This document shows positions 8,634 to 18,035 of a stretch of 64,000 bases of DNA, one piece after another. A program made the translations under genes and the position numbers. The stretch covers positions 65,426 through 129,425 of the forward strand of contig VXMF01000002.1 of NCBI GenBank assembly GCA_009841225.1. Direction: 5' to 3'. The stretch's first letter is position 1, and every line of letters starts with the position of its first letter. This stretch comes from Terriglobia bacterium (GTDB taxonomy: Bacteria > Acidobacteriota > Terriglobia > Bryobacterales > UBA6623). The notes under the pieces were generated by a model, which worked only from the letters and a program-made list of their open reading frames with translations, did not search any database and was not told the DNA's origin.

Positions 8634-11093
8634 CTAAAGGGCGCCGTCGTGTCCGGGCCAGCGCTCGAGGATACGGAGTCTCCGACTGTTCGGGTCGGTG
8701 AACCAGATCGTTCCGAGCGGATCCACCGCCAAGCCGGACACGGACAAGCTCGCTCCAGCCGCGGGCCCGCCATCGCCAGAGTATCCCCCTATTCCATTCC
8801 CTGCAAGTACGGCGAGAGAGCCGTCGGAGTTGATCAATCGGATTCGGTGACCGCCCCCGACGTAGACATTTCCGGCAGGACCGACCGACAGTGCTTCTGG
8901 TCTGTAGCCCTTCGTCGCCAAGACCTTCTCGACGGATCGAGCCGTCGTGTCGATTCGCAGGATCCGTCCGGCTCGCGCATCGGAGACGTAAACCCTGCCA
9001 GCGGAGTCTACCGCTATGCCAGAGGGGTCTCGGAGTTCGACTTCGAAGTCAGGCCTACCATTCCAACCGGAGATCGCCCAGACTTGGCTCGCAAACAGGC
9101 CGATCTTGCCGGACGTGTCGATTCTGAGTACGTACGGCAAGGTCACGCCGTTCTCTGACTCAAGGAGATACAGGTTTCCGAGACGGTCCAGCGCCAAGCT
9201 CTCGACACAGTTCAGGCGGGCTTCGAGAGCCGGGACCGAACCTTCGAGGATGACGAGGCGACCTTCGCGACCTCGCGTCCCGGCGACGGTTGTGATGATG
9301 CCAGACGTGTCAATCTTTCGAACCCTGCCGCACTCACCTACGTAGACATTGCCCTGAGCGTCCGTTGCGAGGCCACGTACAGCTCGCATGCTGGCGTCGA
9401 TAGCGAGGTCTCCGTCCCCGCTATAGCCCCTTTCCCCGGTGCCCGCAAAGGCAGTGACGGAACCAACTTGCCGATCCAGCTTCCAGACGCGGTTTGAATC
9501 GACGAGGAAGACGTTGCCGGCCCCGTCCACGGCGAGCGATTCGGGACGTGCGAACCTCGCACCCGCAGCAATGCCGCCCTCCCACCCTTCGTTCCACGCA
9601 CCAGTGCCGGCCAGCGTGGTGATTTCCCGAGTCGCCTGATTAACCTTCCGAACCCGGTGATCCCCGCTGTCGACGATGTACAGGTGCCCTTCATCGTCCA
9701 CGGCCACTCCCTTCGGTGATCGGAACGGTTGCTCGACCGCCCAGCCTCCGTCCCTTCCGAAACGCCCCCGGCGGTTAGGATAGAGCCTCGTGATCGCTCC
9801 GGTTGCACCGTCAATCCTGTGGACCGAGGCGCCCAGCGGGTCAGCCACGTAGACGTTACCCTCGGGGTCCACCGCCAGCCCCTGCGGCACCAGAAACCGC
9901 GCCCGGTTCGAAGGACCACCATAGCCTTCGTATCCACGATCCATCGAGCTTGCCAAGATCTCGAGGGATCCCGAGGCGATGTCGAAGCTGCTGACCAACC
10001 TGCGAGTCGGATCTGCTACGTAGAGATGGCCGGATGAGTCCACAGCCACCGCCCAACCGCCAAAGCCAGCTGGCGGGGCGGGGCGTCCATCTCCGGACAA
10101 TGCCCATGGCCGCTTGCCCCTGAGGGTCGCGATCATGCGACTGGCCGGATCAACCATGCGCACCCGGCCATTCCCAAAGTCCGCGATGAACACACGCCCT
10201 GCACCGTCGACGGCCACGCCGGTCGGCCGGGCTAGGCGGGCCGTCGCCGCAGGCCGGCCGTCACCTGCGTATCCAGGGTCTCCCGTTCCGGCATACGTCG
10301 AGATCAGTCCGGTCGATCCGTCGATCCGTCGCACCCGGTGGTTCTCGACGTCCGCGACAAACAAGTTTCCAGCAGCGTCGACCGCTACCCCGCAAGGAAA
10401 GCTGAGTTGGGCTTGGGTCGCAGCGCCTCCGTCCCCGCTATAGCCCCAGTCACCGGTCCCGGCAATGGTGGAGATTATTCCGGAGGAATCCACGACTCGG
10501 ATTCTGTGGTGCCACGTATCCGACACATAGATGCTGCCGGACGGTCCAACTGCAGCGGCGCACGGACCGAAGAGATTGGCCGTGACGGCTGGGATGCCGT
10601 CGACAACGTCGGTCCGTCCAGCGACAGACCGGATTGCGTACCGAGGGACGTGCCCAATCTCGACGGTAGTTTCCGGGCCATGGGCCCTTCCGTCGTAGTA
10701 ATGCACCGGTCCGGGAATCAATTCGACAGTCGGTTCGAGTTCCGGCGCGGCCGAAGAACCTGCAGTCAGAAGGACGGCGAGACACGAGAATCGGCCTACC
10801 CGAATCCCGATGAGAACCAGGTATCTGAACGCCCCCGGCGTCAATTCGGTCCGGGTTGCGAGATGCCATGCTGCATTGCGGACGCCAAGCCTCACCGGTG
10901 TCGTTCCTGGTGAGCTCATCGTAACCCCAATGTGAGGGGCGGCGGACGATCTGGCGGGCGGGACGGTTACCCTGTCGAGCATGCAATCGGAACGAAGCAC
11001 TCGATCGCGCCGAATCCGGATTGGAATTGCCGAATTGGTTAGAGACGGTTGGCGATTGCGGTCGCTTGTGCTTTGTCGAGTACCTGTCGACAA
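8634..11093 (-). CDS. NHL-repeat (six-bladed beta-propeller type) protein, many repeats
   Basis: More than 12 copies of the pattern GxGxxGYSGDGGPAxxAxLxxPxGVAVDxxGNLYVADxxNHRVRRID. The true start is probably internal (ATG 10982 or 10919), ahead of the hydrophobic leader FSCLAVLLTAGSSA. Confidence 0.85.
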   Translation of the reverse strand: MSTGTRQSTSDRNRQPSLTNSAIPIRIRRDRVLRSDCMLDRVTVPPARSSAAPHIGVTMSSPGTTPVRLGVRNAAWHLATRTELTPGAFRYLVLIGIRVGRFSCLAVLLTAGSSAAPELEPTVELIPGPVHYYDGRAHGPETTVEIGHVPRYAIRSVAGRTDVVDGIPAVTANLFGPCAAAVGPSGSIYVSDTWHHRIRVVDSSGIISTIAGTGDWGYSGDGGAATQAQLSFPCGVAVDAAGNLFVADVENHRVRRIDGSTGLISTYAGTGDPGYAGDGRPAATARLARPTGVAVDGAGRVFIADFGNGRVRMVDPASRMIATLRGKRPWALSGDGRPAPPAGFGGWAVAVDSSGHLYVADPTRRLVSSFDIASGSLEILASSMDRGYEGYGGPSNRARFLVPQGLAVDPEGNVYVADPLGASVHRIDGATGAITRLYPNRRGRFGRDGGWAVEQPFRSPKGVAVDDEGHLYIVDSGDHRVRKVNQATREITTLAGTGAWNEGWEGGIAAGARFARPESLAVDGAGNVFLVDSNRVWKLDRQVGSVTAFAGTGERGYSGDGDLAIDASMRAVRGLATDAQGNVYVGECGRVRKIDTSGIITTVAGTRGREGRLVILEGSVPALEARLNCVESLALDRLGNLYLLESENGVTLPYVLRIDTSGKIGLFASQVWAISGWNGRPDFEVELRDPSGIAVDSAGRVYVSDARAGRILRIDTTARSVEKVLATKGYRPEALSVGPAGNVYVGGGHRIRLINSDGSLAVLAGNGIGGYSGDGGPAAGASLSVSGLAVDPLGTIWFTDPNSRRLRILERWPGHDGAL

Positions 11094-11131
11094 TCAGCCC
11101 CGATTCACCGTCACCTCGTACTCCCCCATAG

Positions 11132-11512
11132 TCACTTCATCCATGCCGTCGCTCGGATCTCTATTGTGTTCCTTCCCGCCTGAAGGCGGGAAATCGAGAC
11201 GATCCGTCTCCGCAGATCGCGCATCTCTATGTTGTCGAGCTGGATGCGATGGAGCTCGATGTCGGCTGCGTGAACTGAAAAGGAGGTGCCGTCAGGCGCC
11301 AGGCCGGTCTGACTGAGAGACACCTGGGACTGGCACAGGATCCCACTCTTGACTTCGGTCGCGCGTGCGGGAACGGTTGCCTCGTACGACTGCATGGCCG
11401 AACGGAATCCTGGCCGCAGTATCCCGCCTCCCGTAGGGATTCTCAGTCCGAACGAGTCCGCCGCGCCTTCTGCCAGCGAAAGCTCCCAAAGCCTCGTGTC
11501 CCTGCTGGCCAT
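11132..11512 (-). CDS. Hypothetical protein (126 aa)
   Basis: The ORF fills the gap between the transporter and the NHL gene on the same strand. The sequence looks beta-rich and has no recognisable motif. Confidence 0.35.
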   Translation of the reverse strand: MASRDTRLWELSLAEGAADSFGLRIPTGGGILRPGFRSAMQSYEATVPARATEVKSGILCQSQVSLSQTGLAPDGTSFSVHAADIELHRIQLDNIEMRDLRRRIVSISRLQAGRNTIEIRATAWMK

Positions 11513-11567
11513 AGCCGGACGACCGCCACCGTGTACGCTTGCGAAGGGCGTATGGCGCCCGCGGAAT

Positions 11568-12962
11568 CTAGGCAGGCAGGAACGTGAAGCACAGCGCTCC
11601 GAACCCGACCCAGAGGACCACCCACACGTAGTTGTAGCCGATGTACGTGCGGAAATCCATGCGTGCGATCCCGGCTGCGATGACGGCCCAGAATGGGGAG
11701 ACCAAGTTGCCCACGTGGTCGCCGACGCTGAGCGCCAGCAGGCCGCGCTGGGCGGTGACTCCGACCGCGACTGACGCTTTGGTCGTGATGAATCCCTGAA
11801 TCACCCACTGGCCGCCGCTGGATGGGACGAAGATAGACACTACGGCGGCCGATACCAGCGTCAAGAGCGGAAACGTGTACTCGTTAGAAACCGAAGCGAG
11901 GTAGTTGGCAAAGTCCGTTCCAATCGATGTGTTCTCGAGCAGTCCCGCTACTCCGGCGTACAGGTGGTACAGCACGATCACCGGCCAAGCCGTCGATACG
12001 GCACGCGGCAATGATCGAGCAAAGCTCAACACCGTGCCGTGCAGCAGCAGCCCGAGCGCTAGCAGCGCGGTAATCAGGGAGTTGAGCTGCAATCCGCCAT
12101 CCTTGACCAACACGTGGTAAAGCAGCCAGCCGAACAACGTCGCGGTCAGGATGGAACAGGGCCACTTGCTGGCTTCAAGGCGCTCGGCAAAGCGATCGGA
12201 GCGTGGTTCCTTCTCCGGGGGCTTGGCTGCCGCGTCGAGGGTCACATCGCCGAGCTTGGCGGATTCCGGGAACAGGGAGATCGGTCGAGCCTTCTTTGGC
12301 ATCAGCAAGCGAGCCAAAACGAAGACACAGCTCAGGTAGATCGCTAGGTATATCAGCGTGGCCGGTGCCCAGATCGTGGTCGACAGCGGCATCAGGCCGG
12401 TTTCGTCCTCAAGGAAGTGGCCCGGCGTGTTCATCAACAGAGGCGCGCTTGCCGATAGGCCGAACTGCCAGATCGCACCGGATGCGGCATTGCATGACAG
12501 CAGGAAGGGGAAGTCGACCGGATGGCCTTTCCGCTCGGACTGGCGGGCATAGCTGACCGCTACGAGCGGCGCCAATGCCAAGCTCAGCCCCCAGAAACAG
12601 TACGCCAGACAGCAAGTGGTGATCATCGAAAGCGCGATCGTCTGCCCTTCGCTTCCGGGGAGCTTAGACAGGGTCAGGATCATGCGCCGGAAGAAGCGGG
12701 TCGAAGCTAGCGCCGATCCCAGCACGAGGATCAAAGTCATCTGCATCGTGAACGGCAGCAGCATCCATAGGCCCAAGTAGTAGGCATCCATGACCTTTAG
12801 AAACGGGTCGCCGTTCAGGAGTGCGCCGATGCCGAGGACGACCATCAGCAGGATTGCCATGGTCATCGCATCGGGAATCAGGGCGCCGATGAAGTTCGCC
12901 ATGCGTTGCAGCCGGTCCGGCGGCGGCGCTTGCAGTGTCGTGGGATGTGTGTCGTCTGGCAT
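11568..12962 (-). CDS. Short-chain fatty acid transporter (AtoE/SCFA_trans family)
   Basis: Collinear with E. coli AtoE as I remember it: ..FTMQMTLILVLGSALASTRFFRR.., ..PSSGGQWVIQGFITTKA.., ..GDHVGNLVSPFWAVIAAGIARMDFR... The ORF extends to 13049, but ATG 12962 (MPDDTH..) fits the family length better. Confidence 0.8.
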   Translation of the reverse strand: MPDDTHPTTLQAPPPDRLQRMANFIGALIPDAMTMAILLMVVLGIGALLNGDPFLKVMDAYYLGLWMLLPFTMQMTLILVLGSALASTRFFRRMILTLSKLPGSEGQTIALSMITTCCLAYCFWGLSLALAPLVAVSYARQSERKGHPVDFPFLLSCNAASGAIWQFGLSASAPLLMNTPGHFLEDETGLMPLSTTIWAPATLIYLAIYLSCVFVLARLLMPKKARPISLFPESAKLGDVTLDAAAKPPEKEPRSDRFAERLEASKWPCSILTATLFGWLLYHVLVKDGGLQLNSLITALLALGLLLHGTVLSFARSLPRAVSTAWPVIVLYHLYAGVAGLLENTSIGTDFANYLASVSNEYTFPLLTLVSAAVVSIFVPSSGGQWVIQGFITTKASVAVGVTAQRGLLALSVGDHVGNLVSPFWAVIAAGIARMDFRTYIGYNYVWVVLWVGFGALCFTFLPA

Positions 12963-13337
12963 TCTGTCGCCTAGATCTTGCTGGCGAGAGTATACACAGG
13001 TTGGGCGAGTGCGCCCGGCGATGTCGCCGTGAGCATTGAGGTACTGCACTGCTCGAATGGTGATTCAGCAGTCTTGGCCCCCATCCATCCCCCCCTCGGC
13101 GTCGACTGCCGCGCTGAGTGCGCGAGCGCCTCGCTCCAACGACCTCGGTCGTGGCGCGATTGATCACGTTCCGGGCGTACCAGGGCGTGCTCAAACGAGC
13201 CGGGAAAAGAAGACGCGGGCGCGAAGTGCTGCTACCGCGACAGGGTGCCAGAACGCCGGCGCTTGATACGGTCAAGCCAACACACGCGACGGCATGATCG
13301 ACTATATATGGAATTTATTATATACATATAAATAAAT

Positions 13338-13366
13338 TTGACTACTACAAAACTAGTTTATAGAGT
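13338..13366 (+). promoter_or_regulatory. Putative sigma70-type promoter TTGACT-N17-TAGAGT, only about 7 nt before the ATG (near-leaderless)
   Basis: Read directly inside an AT-rich block of about 75 nt (13296-13372) that contrasts with the GC-rich surroundings. Confidence 0.3.
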
Positions 13367-13372
13367 TAAAAT

Positions 13373-14308
13373 ATGATTCAAGATGCCAGCGCAAAACTCA
13401 TGCTCTCATTCTCAATCGTCTTGAAAGACCTGCTGCGGGGCTTCGTTAACGAGGCCTGGCTCGAGCAGGTCGACCTCTCCAGCGTCGAACCGCTCGACAC
13501 GGAGTACACCAACGACAGATACGTCCGTCGCTTGAACGACATGGTCTGGAAGCTGCGCAAACGCGACGGCAGCCCGCTCTACGTGGTCGTCATGATGGAA
13601 TTCCAGTCCACTGTCGAACACTTCATGGCAGCGCGGATGAACATGTACGTGGGCCTGCTCTTCGACTCCCTTGTTCGCTCGGGCCAGATCAAGGGCCGCA
13701 ACCTGCCCCATGTGGTGCCGCTGGTGCTCTACGGCGGTGAGCGGGTCTGGAACGCGCCGCTGGAGCTGGCAGAACTGATCGATGGCCGCTTGCCCGGGAT
13801 GGAGCGCTATGCCAATCGGTTCAGCTACCGCGTGGTGTCAATTCACCACTGCAGGGAACTCGACCCAGGGCGGCGGAACGTAGCGGACGCATGGTTTAGG
13901 GCGATCCGGGCAAGGGACTATGGCGGTGCCGCAGCCGCCTTGCAACAGCTGATCGTAGTGCTGGAGGGTCCTGAGCATGATAGGCTGAGGGCGACGATCA
14001 CAAAGTGGCTTCTTGAAGTGGTGCTCGTGGCCTACCTGCCCGAGGAGGAACTGAGCCAGTTGCAGGGTGTGCGGGAGCTAGCGGAGGTGAAGGAAAACAT
14101 GGTGAAGTGGTCTGACAAAGCGATGGCCCAGGGTCAACGCAGAATCCTAGTGCAGCAAGCGCGAGCCCGCTTCGGTGCGGACACTGCTGCCGAGCTATCT
14201 GATCAATTGGAGCGAGTCAGTTCGTCCGAGAGGCTCGGTGCCATTGGCGAGTGGCTGCTCACTTGCGCGAGCGGCGAAGCGCTCTTGGCTAAGGTTCGCC
14301 AAGCCTGA
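13373..14308 (+). CDS. Rpn family recombination-promoting nuclease / putative transposase (PD-(D/E)XK, YhgA-like) with DUF4351-like C-terminus
   Basis: LYVVVMMEFQSTVEHFMAARMNMYVGLLFDSL...LPHVVPLVLYGGERVW parallels RpnA YLHVVIEHQSKPDKKMAFRMMRY..LPLVVPILFYQGE. The C-terminal helical module is RRILVQQARARFG..LGAIGEWLLTC. Confidence 0.75.
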   Translation: MIQDASAKLMLSFSIVLKDLLRGFVNEAWLEQVDLSSVEPLDTEYTNDRYVRRLNDMVWKLRKRDGSPLYVVVMMEFQSTVEHFMAARMNMYVGLLFDSLVRSGQIKGRNLPHVVPLVLYGGERVWNAPLELAELIDGRLPGMERYANRFSYRVVSIHHCRELDPGRRNVADAWFRAIRARDYGGAAAALQQLIVVLEGPEHDRLRATITKWLLEVVLVAYLPEEELSQLQGVRELAEVKENMVKWSDKAMAQGQRRILVQQARARFGADTAAELSDQLERVSSSERLGAIGEWLLTCASGEALLAKVRQA

Positions 14309-14417
14309 GCGATCGTCTTCGCTTGCTGTATCGCTACGATGTGCTTGTCCTGTTCGGCTGACTCTTTCAGGGTCCGGGAGTTGGTCCCGTTGACCTAGTC
14401 GAGTTCCCCGATAGACT

Positions 14418-15761
14418 GTGGCCATGAAGTCATGCTTGATGGCCTGCCTTGCCCTTCTGGCATTCTCCAGGTGCTCCTCGGCCCCAGAGCATGTCAAGCC
14501 CAATTTCGTCGTAATTCTGGCCGACGACTTGGGGTATGGGGATATCGCCACGTATGGCAGCGTCCGCAACACCACGCCGCATCTTGACCGCATGGCCCGC
14601 GAAGGCCTGCGCTTCAGTGACTTTCATTCCAACGGCCCGATGTGCACGCCTACGCGGGCATCCCTGTTAACCGGGCTCTATCCGCACCGCTTCGGCCAGC
14701 AGTTCGAAAGCGCGCTGTCGGGCATCGAAGACTATGACATCGGACTTCCACTCGAGGCGGTGACTATACCCGAGACACTTGCTAGCGCGGGCTATGTCTC
14801 AGGCATGTACGGCAAGTGGCACTTGGGCTACCACCCGCCCTACATGCCGATAGATCAAGGTTTCGATGACTTTCGGGGCTTGGCGAGCGGCGATGGCGAT
14901 CACCACTCTCACATCGACAGGTCAGGTCGCCCGGACTGGTGGCACAACCAAGAACTCGCGCCCGAGGAGGGCTATGGCGTCAATCTGATCACGCAACACA
15001 GCGTCGATTTCATCAAGCGCCACCGGGACAAGCCGTTCTTCCTGTATGTGGCGCATCTGGCCATCCATTTCCCTTGGCAGGGACCGGACGACAGTGGCTA
15101 TCGCGTCGAGGGCGGAAACTATCACAATCTGTCGAAACTCGGCGAATTGGACAGCCTCGACGTGTCGTCGAACGTTAACAAGATGATTGAAGCTGTTGAC
15201 AGAAGTGTGGGTTCCATCCTCGAGACGTTGCGGGAGCAGGGTCTCGAGGAAGACACGTTGGTCATATTCACTTCCGACAACGGCGGCTACCTTACATATC
15301 AGGGCGGCTATCACAACATCTCCGAGAACGGTCCCCTACGAGGCCAGAAGACCGATGTCTACGAGGGCGGCCACCGCGTGCCGGCGATCGCTTGGTGGCC
15401 GGGCAAGATCACTCCGGGCGTTTCCCACGACCTAGCCGCGACGTTCGACATCATGCCGACGCTGTTCGAACTCGCCGGCGTTGCAAGCCCTAACGCCTCG
15501 GACGGCACCAGCTTGGCGAGCTTGCTGCTTGACCGAGAGCCGCTTGCGTCCCGCACGCTGTTTTGGCGTATCCGTTCCGAAACGGCAGTTCGCAAGGGGA
15601 AGTGGAAGTTGGTTCAGATCGGCAACGATGGGCCGGAACTCTATGATTTAGATGAAGATCTAGGCGAGAGTCGAGATCTCTCTGATACGCATCCCGATAT
15701 AGTGCTAGCCCTTGAGGAGGAACTCAGCGCCTGGGCAGACTCCCTCCAGCCGGAACGCTGA
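14418..15761 (+). CDS. Arylsulfatase (S1 family, canonical Cys-type)
   Basis: Signal peptide. NFVVILADDLGYGD, CTPTRASLLTG (C-x-P-x-R), GKWHLG, FTSDNGG. Confidence 0.9.
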   Translation: MAMKSCLMACLALLAFSRCSSAPEHVKPNFVVILADDLGYGDIATYGSVRNTTPHLDRMAREGLRFSDFHSNGPMCTPTRASLLTGLYPHRFGQQFESALSGIEDYDIGLPLEAVTIPETLASAGYVSGMYGKWHLGYHPPYMPIDQGFDDFRGLASGDGDHHSHIDRSGRPDWWHNQELAPEEGYGVNLITQHSVDFIKRHRDKPFFLYVAHLAIHFPWQGPDDSGYRVEGGNYHNLSKLGELDSLDVSSNVNKMIEAVDRSVGSILETLREQGLEEDTLVIFTSDNGGYLTYQGGYHNISENGPLRGQKTDVYEGGHRVPAIAWWPGKITPGVSHDLAATFDIMPTLFELAGVASPNASDGTSLASLLLDREPLASRTLFWRIRSETAVRKGKWKLVQIGNDGPELYDLDEDLGESRDLSDTHPDIVLALEEELSAWADSLQPER

Positions 15762-15773
15762 ATGCCGCCTAGA

Positions 15774-16895
15774 CTAGGCAAAGTCGGCCGCGGTGACGAT
15801 CCGTCGCTCGTCAATGCTGATCCACGCTCCATAGGCCAGCTTGCTCGCCTCTATTGCGAAGTCCGCATGCAGTGCTGACCGCGAGCGCTCGCGAACGGCG
15901 CGGAAGAAGTCGCGATACATCTCCTGCTCCAGCTGTCCCCTAGGCATGTCGATGTCGGCGAGCCGCAAGTCCTTGGGATCTTGGCCGAACGATCGAATGG
16001 TCGCCTCTCTGAAGTCGTACTGCAACGACCCTTCGCTCCCAGTCACGGTCAGTTGCCATTTCGCTCCAGGCGCGGAGCCGGAGTAGGTGTGCTGCAAGCG
16101 CGCATCGCCGAACTCTGCGATCACGGAGATGTTGTCCTCTGTAGTGCGCTCCGGCCAGTGCATGGCTCCACCAGTGGCGGCGCAGAACGAGAGAGGCTGG
16201 CCGATCATCTCGTACAGGAACGCATACGAGTGCACCGAAAACTCCAACAGGCTGGATCCGGCCAACTCTCGCAAGTGCCGCCAGGGAGTGGCCTTGCCGC
16301 TCTGCGGGTCCGTCCAGCCCCAAGTGCGGGGGTTCCAGTCGCCGCGGTACTCATTGAGAGCGAATAAGTATGGCTGTCCGATTTCGCCAGACCGGACAGC
16401 CTCTATGATCTTGCGGTAGGCCGGATTGAAGTGACGCTGCATGCCAACGGCCAATATCTGGCCGGTCTCGGCCGCAACCTCGGCCACCCGCAGGGCTTCT
16501 TGGTAGGTGATGCCGATCGGCTTCTCCACGAGCACGTCCTTCCCTGCCCTCAGCGCGGCAATGGCCATCTCGGCGTGCAGGTAGTTCGGAGCGGTGATCA
16601 CGACTGCCTGCACTTGCTTGTCGGCAATTAGCTCACGGTAGTCTGCGTATAGCTCCGCCGCAGCAGCGGGCCCCGATTTGGCCGCCCGCATGCGGTCGCC
16701 TTCGAGGTCGCTGAGTGCTGTGACCTCAACGCCGCCCAGCGCCTCGAATGCGGCTAGGTGCGCCCGGCTGCGGTTGCCCAAGCCTATCAGGCCAATCCGC
16801 GGGGCCCCGGCGACTTGGCCAGTCGCAGTGCTAGCCGTGGCGGCGGCGGCCAGGCCGGCGGTCATCACCGAACGTCTCGATGGATGCTGATTCAT
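15774..16895 (-). CDS. Gfo/Idh/MocA family oxidoreductase, Tat-exported
   Basis: Start taken at MNQHPSRRSVMTAGLAAAA (Tat). The Rossmann motif is IGLIGLGNRSRAHL, followed by EKP (VLVEKPIG). The ORF could extend to 16940. Confidence 0.9.
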   Translation of the reverse strand: MNQHPSRRSVMTAGLAAAATASTATGQVAGAPRIGLIGLGNRSRAHLAAFEALGGVEVTALSDLEGDRMRAAKSGPAAAAELYADYRELIADKQVQAVVITAPNYLHAEMAIAALRAGKDVLVEKPIGITYQEALRVAEVAAETGQILAVGMQRHFNPAYRKIIEAVRSGEIGQPYLFALNEYRGDWNPRTWGWTDPQSGKATPWRHLRELAGSSLLEFSVHSYAFLYEMIGQPLSFCAATGGAMHWPERTTEDNISVIAEFGDARLQHTYSGSAPGAKWQLTVTGSEGSLQYDFREATIRSFGQDPKDLRLADIDMPRGQLEQEMYRDFFRAVRERSRSALHADFAIEASKLAYGAWISIDERRIVTAADFA

Positions 16896-16979
16896 TTCAA
16901 GCGATTGTATCTTGCCGTGGCGTCGAGCAAGAGGGTCCAAGCCGCAGGCCCCCTTGAGCGACGCAGCACGAGAGTGGCT

Positions 16980-17540
16980 TCATTCCGTCGTTGCATCGCC
17001 CCGCAAGATGGCATAGAGGAACTGGTCCTGCACCGTGCCTGCCTTGATGGCGCTCCGGCGCATGCGGCCCTCAAGCCGGTATCCTGCCTTTTGCAACACG
17101 CGGCAGGACGCGGAATTGGAAGCGAAAGGCACGGCATACAGCCGTTCCAGATCGTAGGCGGCAAACGCGAAGCGGGTGAAGCCGGTTAGGGCGCGAGTCG
17201 CGACACCGCGACCCCAGTAAGGCTCGCCGAGCCAGTAACCGACCTCCCCGGAGCAATGCTCCACATCGTCCCGGAGGACTACGCCAATCGAGCCAACCGA
17301 CACGTCGTTGACCGTGACCGCGAACATCGTCTCGGGAGTTTCCCTGAGCGCGAGCGCGATGAACCTCCGTGCGTCGTCGAGCGTGTAAGGATGCGGGAAC
17401 CTGTCCCGCAATTGCAGCCACACTCTCCGATTGTTGGCCAGCCGGGCCAGTTCGGGAGCGTCCGAGTCGCGGAATGACCGCACGCCGCAACAGCCTAGGT
17501 CGAGTTGCATCTCCGGTCCCGATGATCTGCGGTTGCCCAT
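16980..17540 (-). CDS. GNAT family N-acetyltransferase (RimJ/RimL-like)
   Basis: VGYWLGEPYWGRGVATRALTGFTRFAF..LERLYAVPFASNSASCRVLQKAGYRLEG is the typical acetyl-CoA binding core. The start may be the internal ATG at 17510. Confidence 0.85.
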   Translation of the reverse strand: MGNRRSSGPEMQLDLGCCGVRSFRDSDAPELARLANNRRVWLQLRDRFPHPYTLDDARRFIALALRETPETMFAVTVNDVSVGSIGVVLRDDVEHCSGEVGYWLGEPYWGRGVATRALTGFTRFAFAAYDLERLYAVPFASNSASCRVLQKAGYRLEGRMRRSAIKAGTVQDQFLYAILRGDATTE

Positions 17541-18035
17541 TATCCGCTACTTCATTGGGGGCACCCCGCGTTCCTTGATCCCCGGATAAGATACTCAGCC
17601 GCGGGGCCAAACGTCTTGGCAGTTAGATGGTTTGGCGGTGGGTTACAACAGCCAGCGGCAGTATTGGCTGCACTCGGACGGGCATTCGATCCGGGCCGAC
17701 CGAGAACCGCCGGGAGCAGGGCTCAGCGGAGGTGCGCCTAGGCAGGGGATGCGGCGGCGGACCGGGCACGCCGTGCGGGTCGGAAACGACTCCGACTATG
17801 GAGCCAGCGGCTCGAACCCGAGATTTGGCGCACCTGACAAGCCGACGCCCCGTGCCGAGCGGCCGAAATAGCAGAGACTCCTCGCGGCGGCTCGCATAAC
17901 CGGGGATCTGGGAATGGACCGCGGCCTCGGAGCTGTGAGTGATACAGTGGAGTTCTGGGGGATCGCCCGGAGCATCCCCTGGCACCGCTGGGTTTGAGCG
18001 GAGCGCTTGGATCCGTTTGGCCTCTACGGTAGGCG

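Noticed and set aside
7932-9158. 408-aa plus-strand ORF spanning the sulfatase/NHL junction
   Set aside because: It is antisense to two genes with strong family motifs. The translation is Arg/Val/Gly-rich with no motifs. This is a typical shadow ORF in high-GC DNA.
12664-13275. 203-aa minus-strand ORF upstream of and overlapping the SCFA transporter
   Set aside because: It is out of frame with the transporter and Arg/Pro/Ser-rich. The transporter frame explains the coding signal.
17790-17830. tRNA-like T-arm (GGGTTCGAGCC, minus strand)
   Set aside because: There is no complementary T-stem, acceptor stem or anticodon arm around it.
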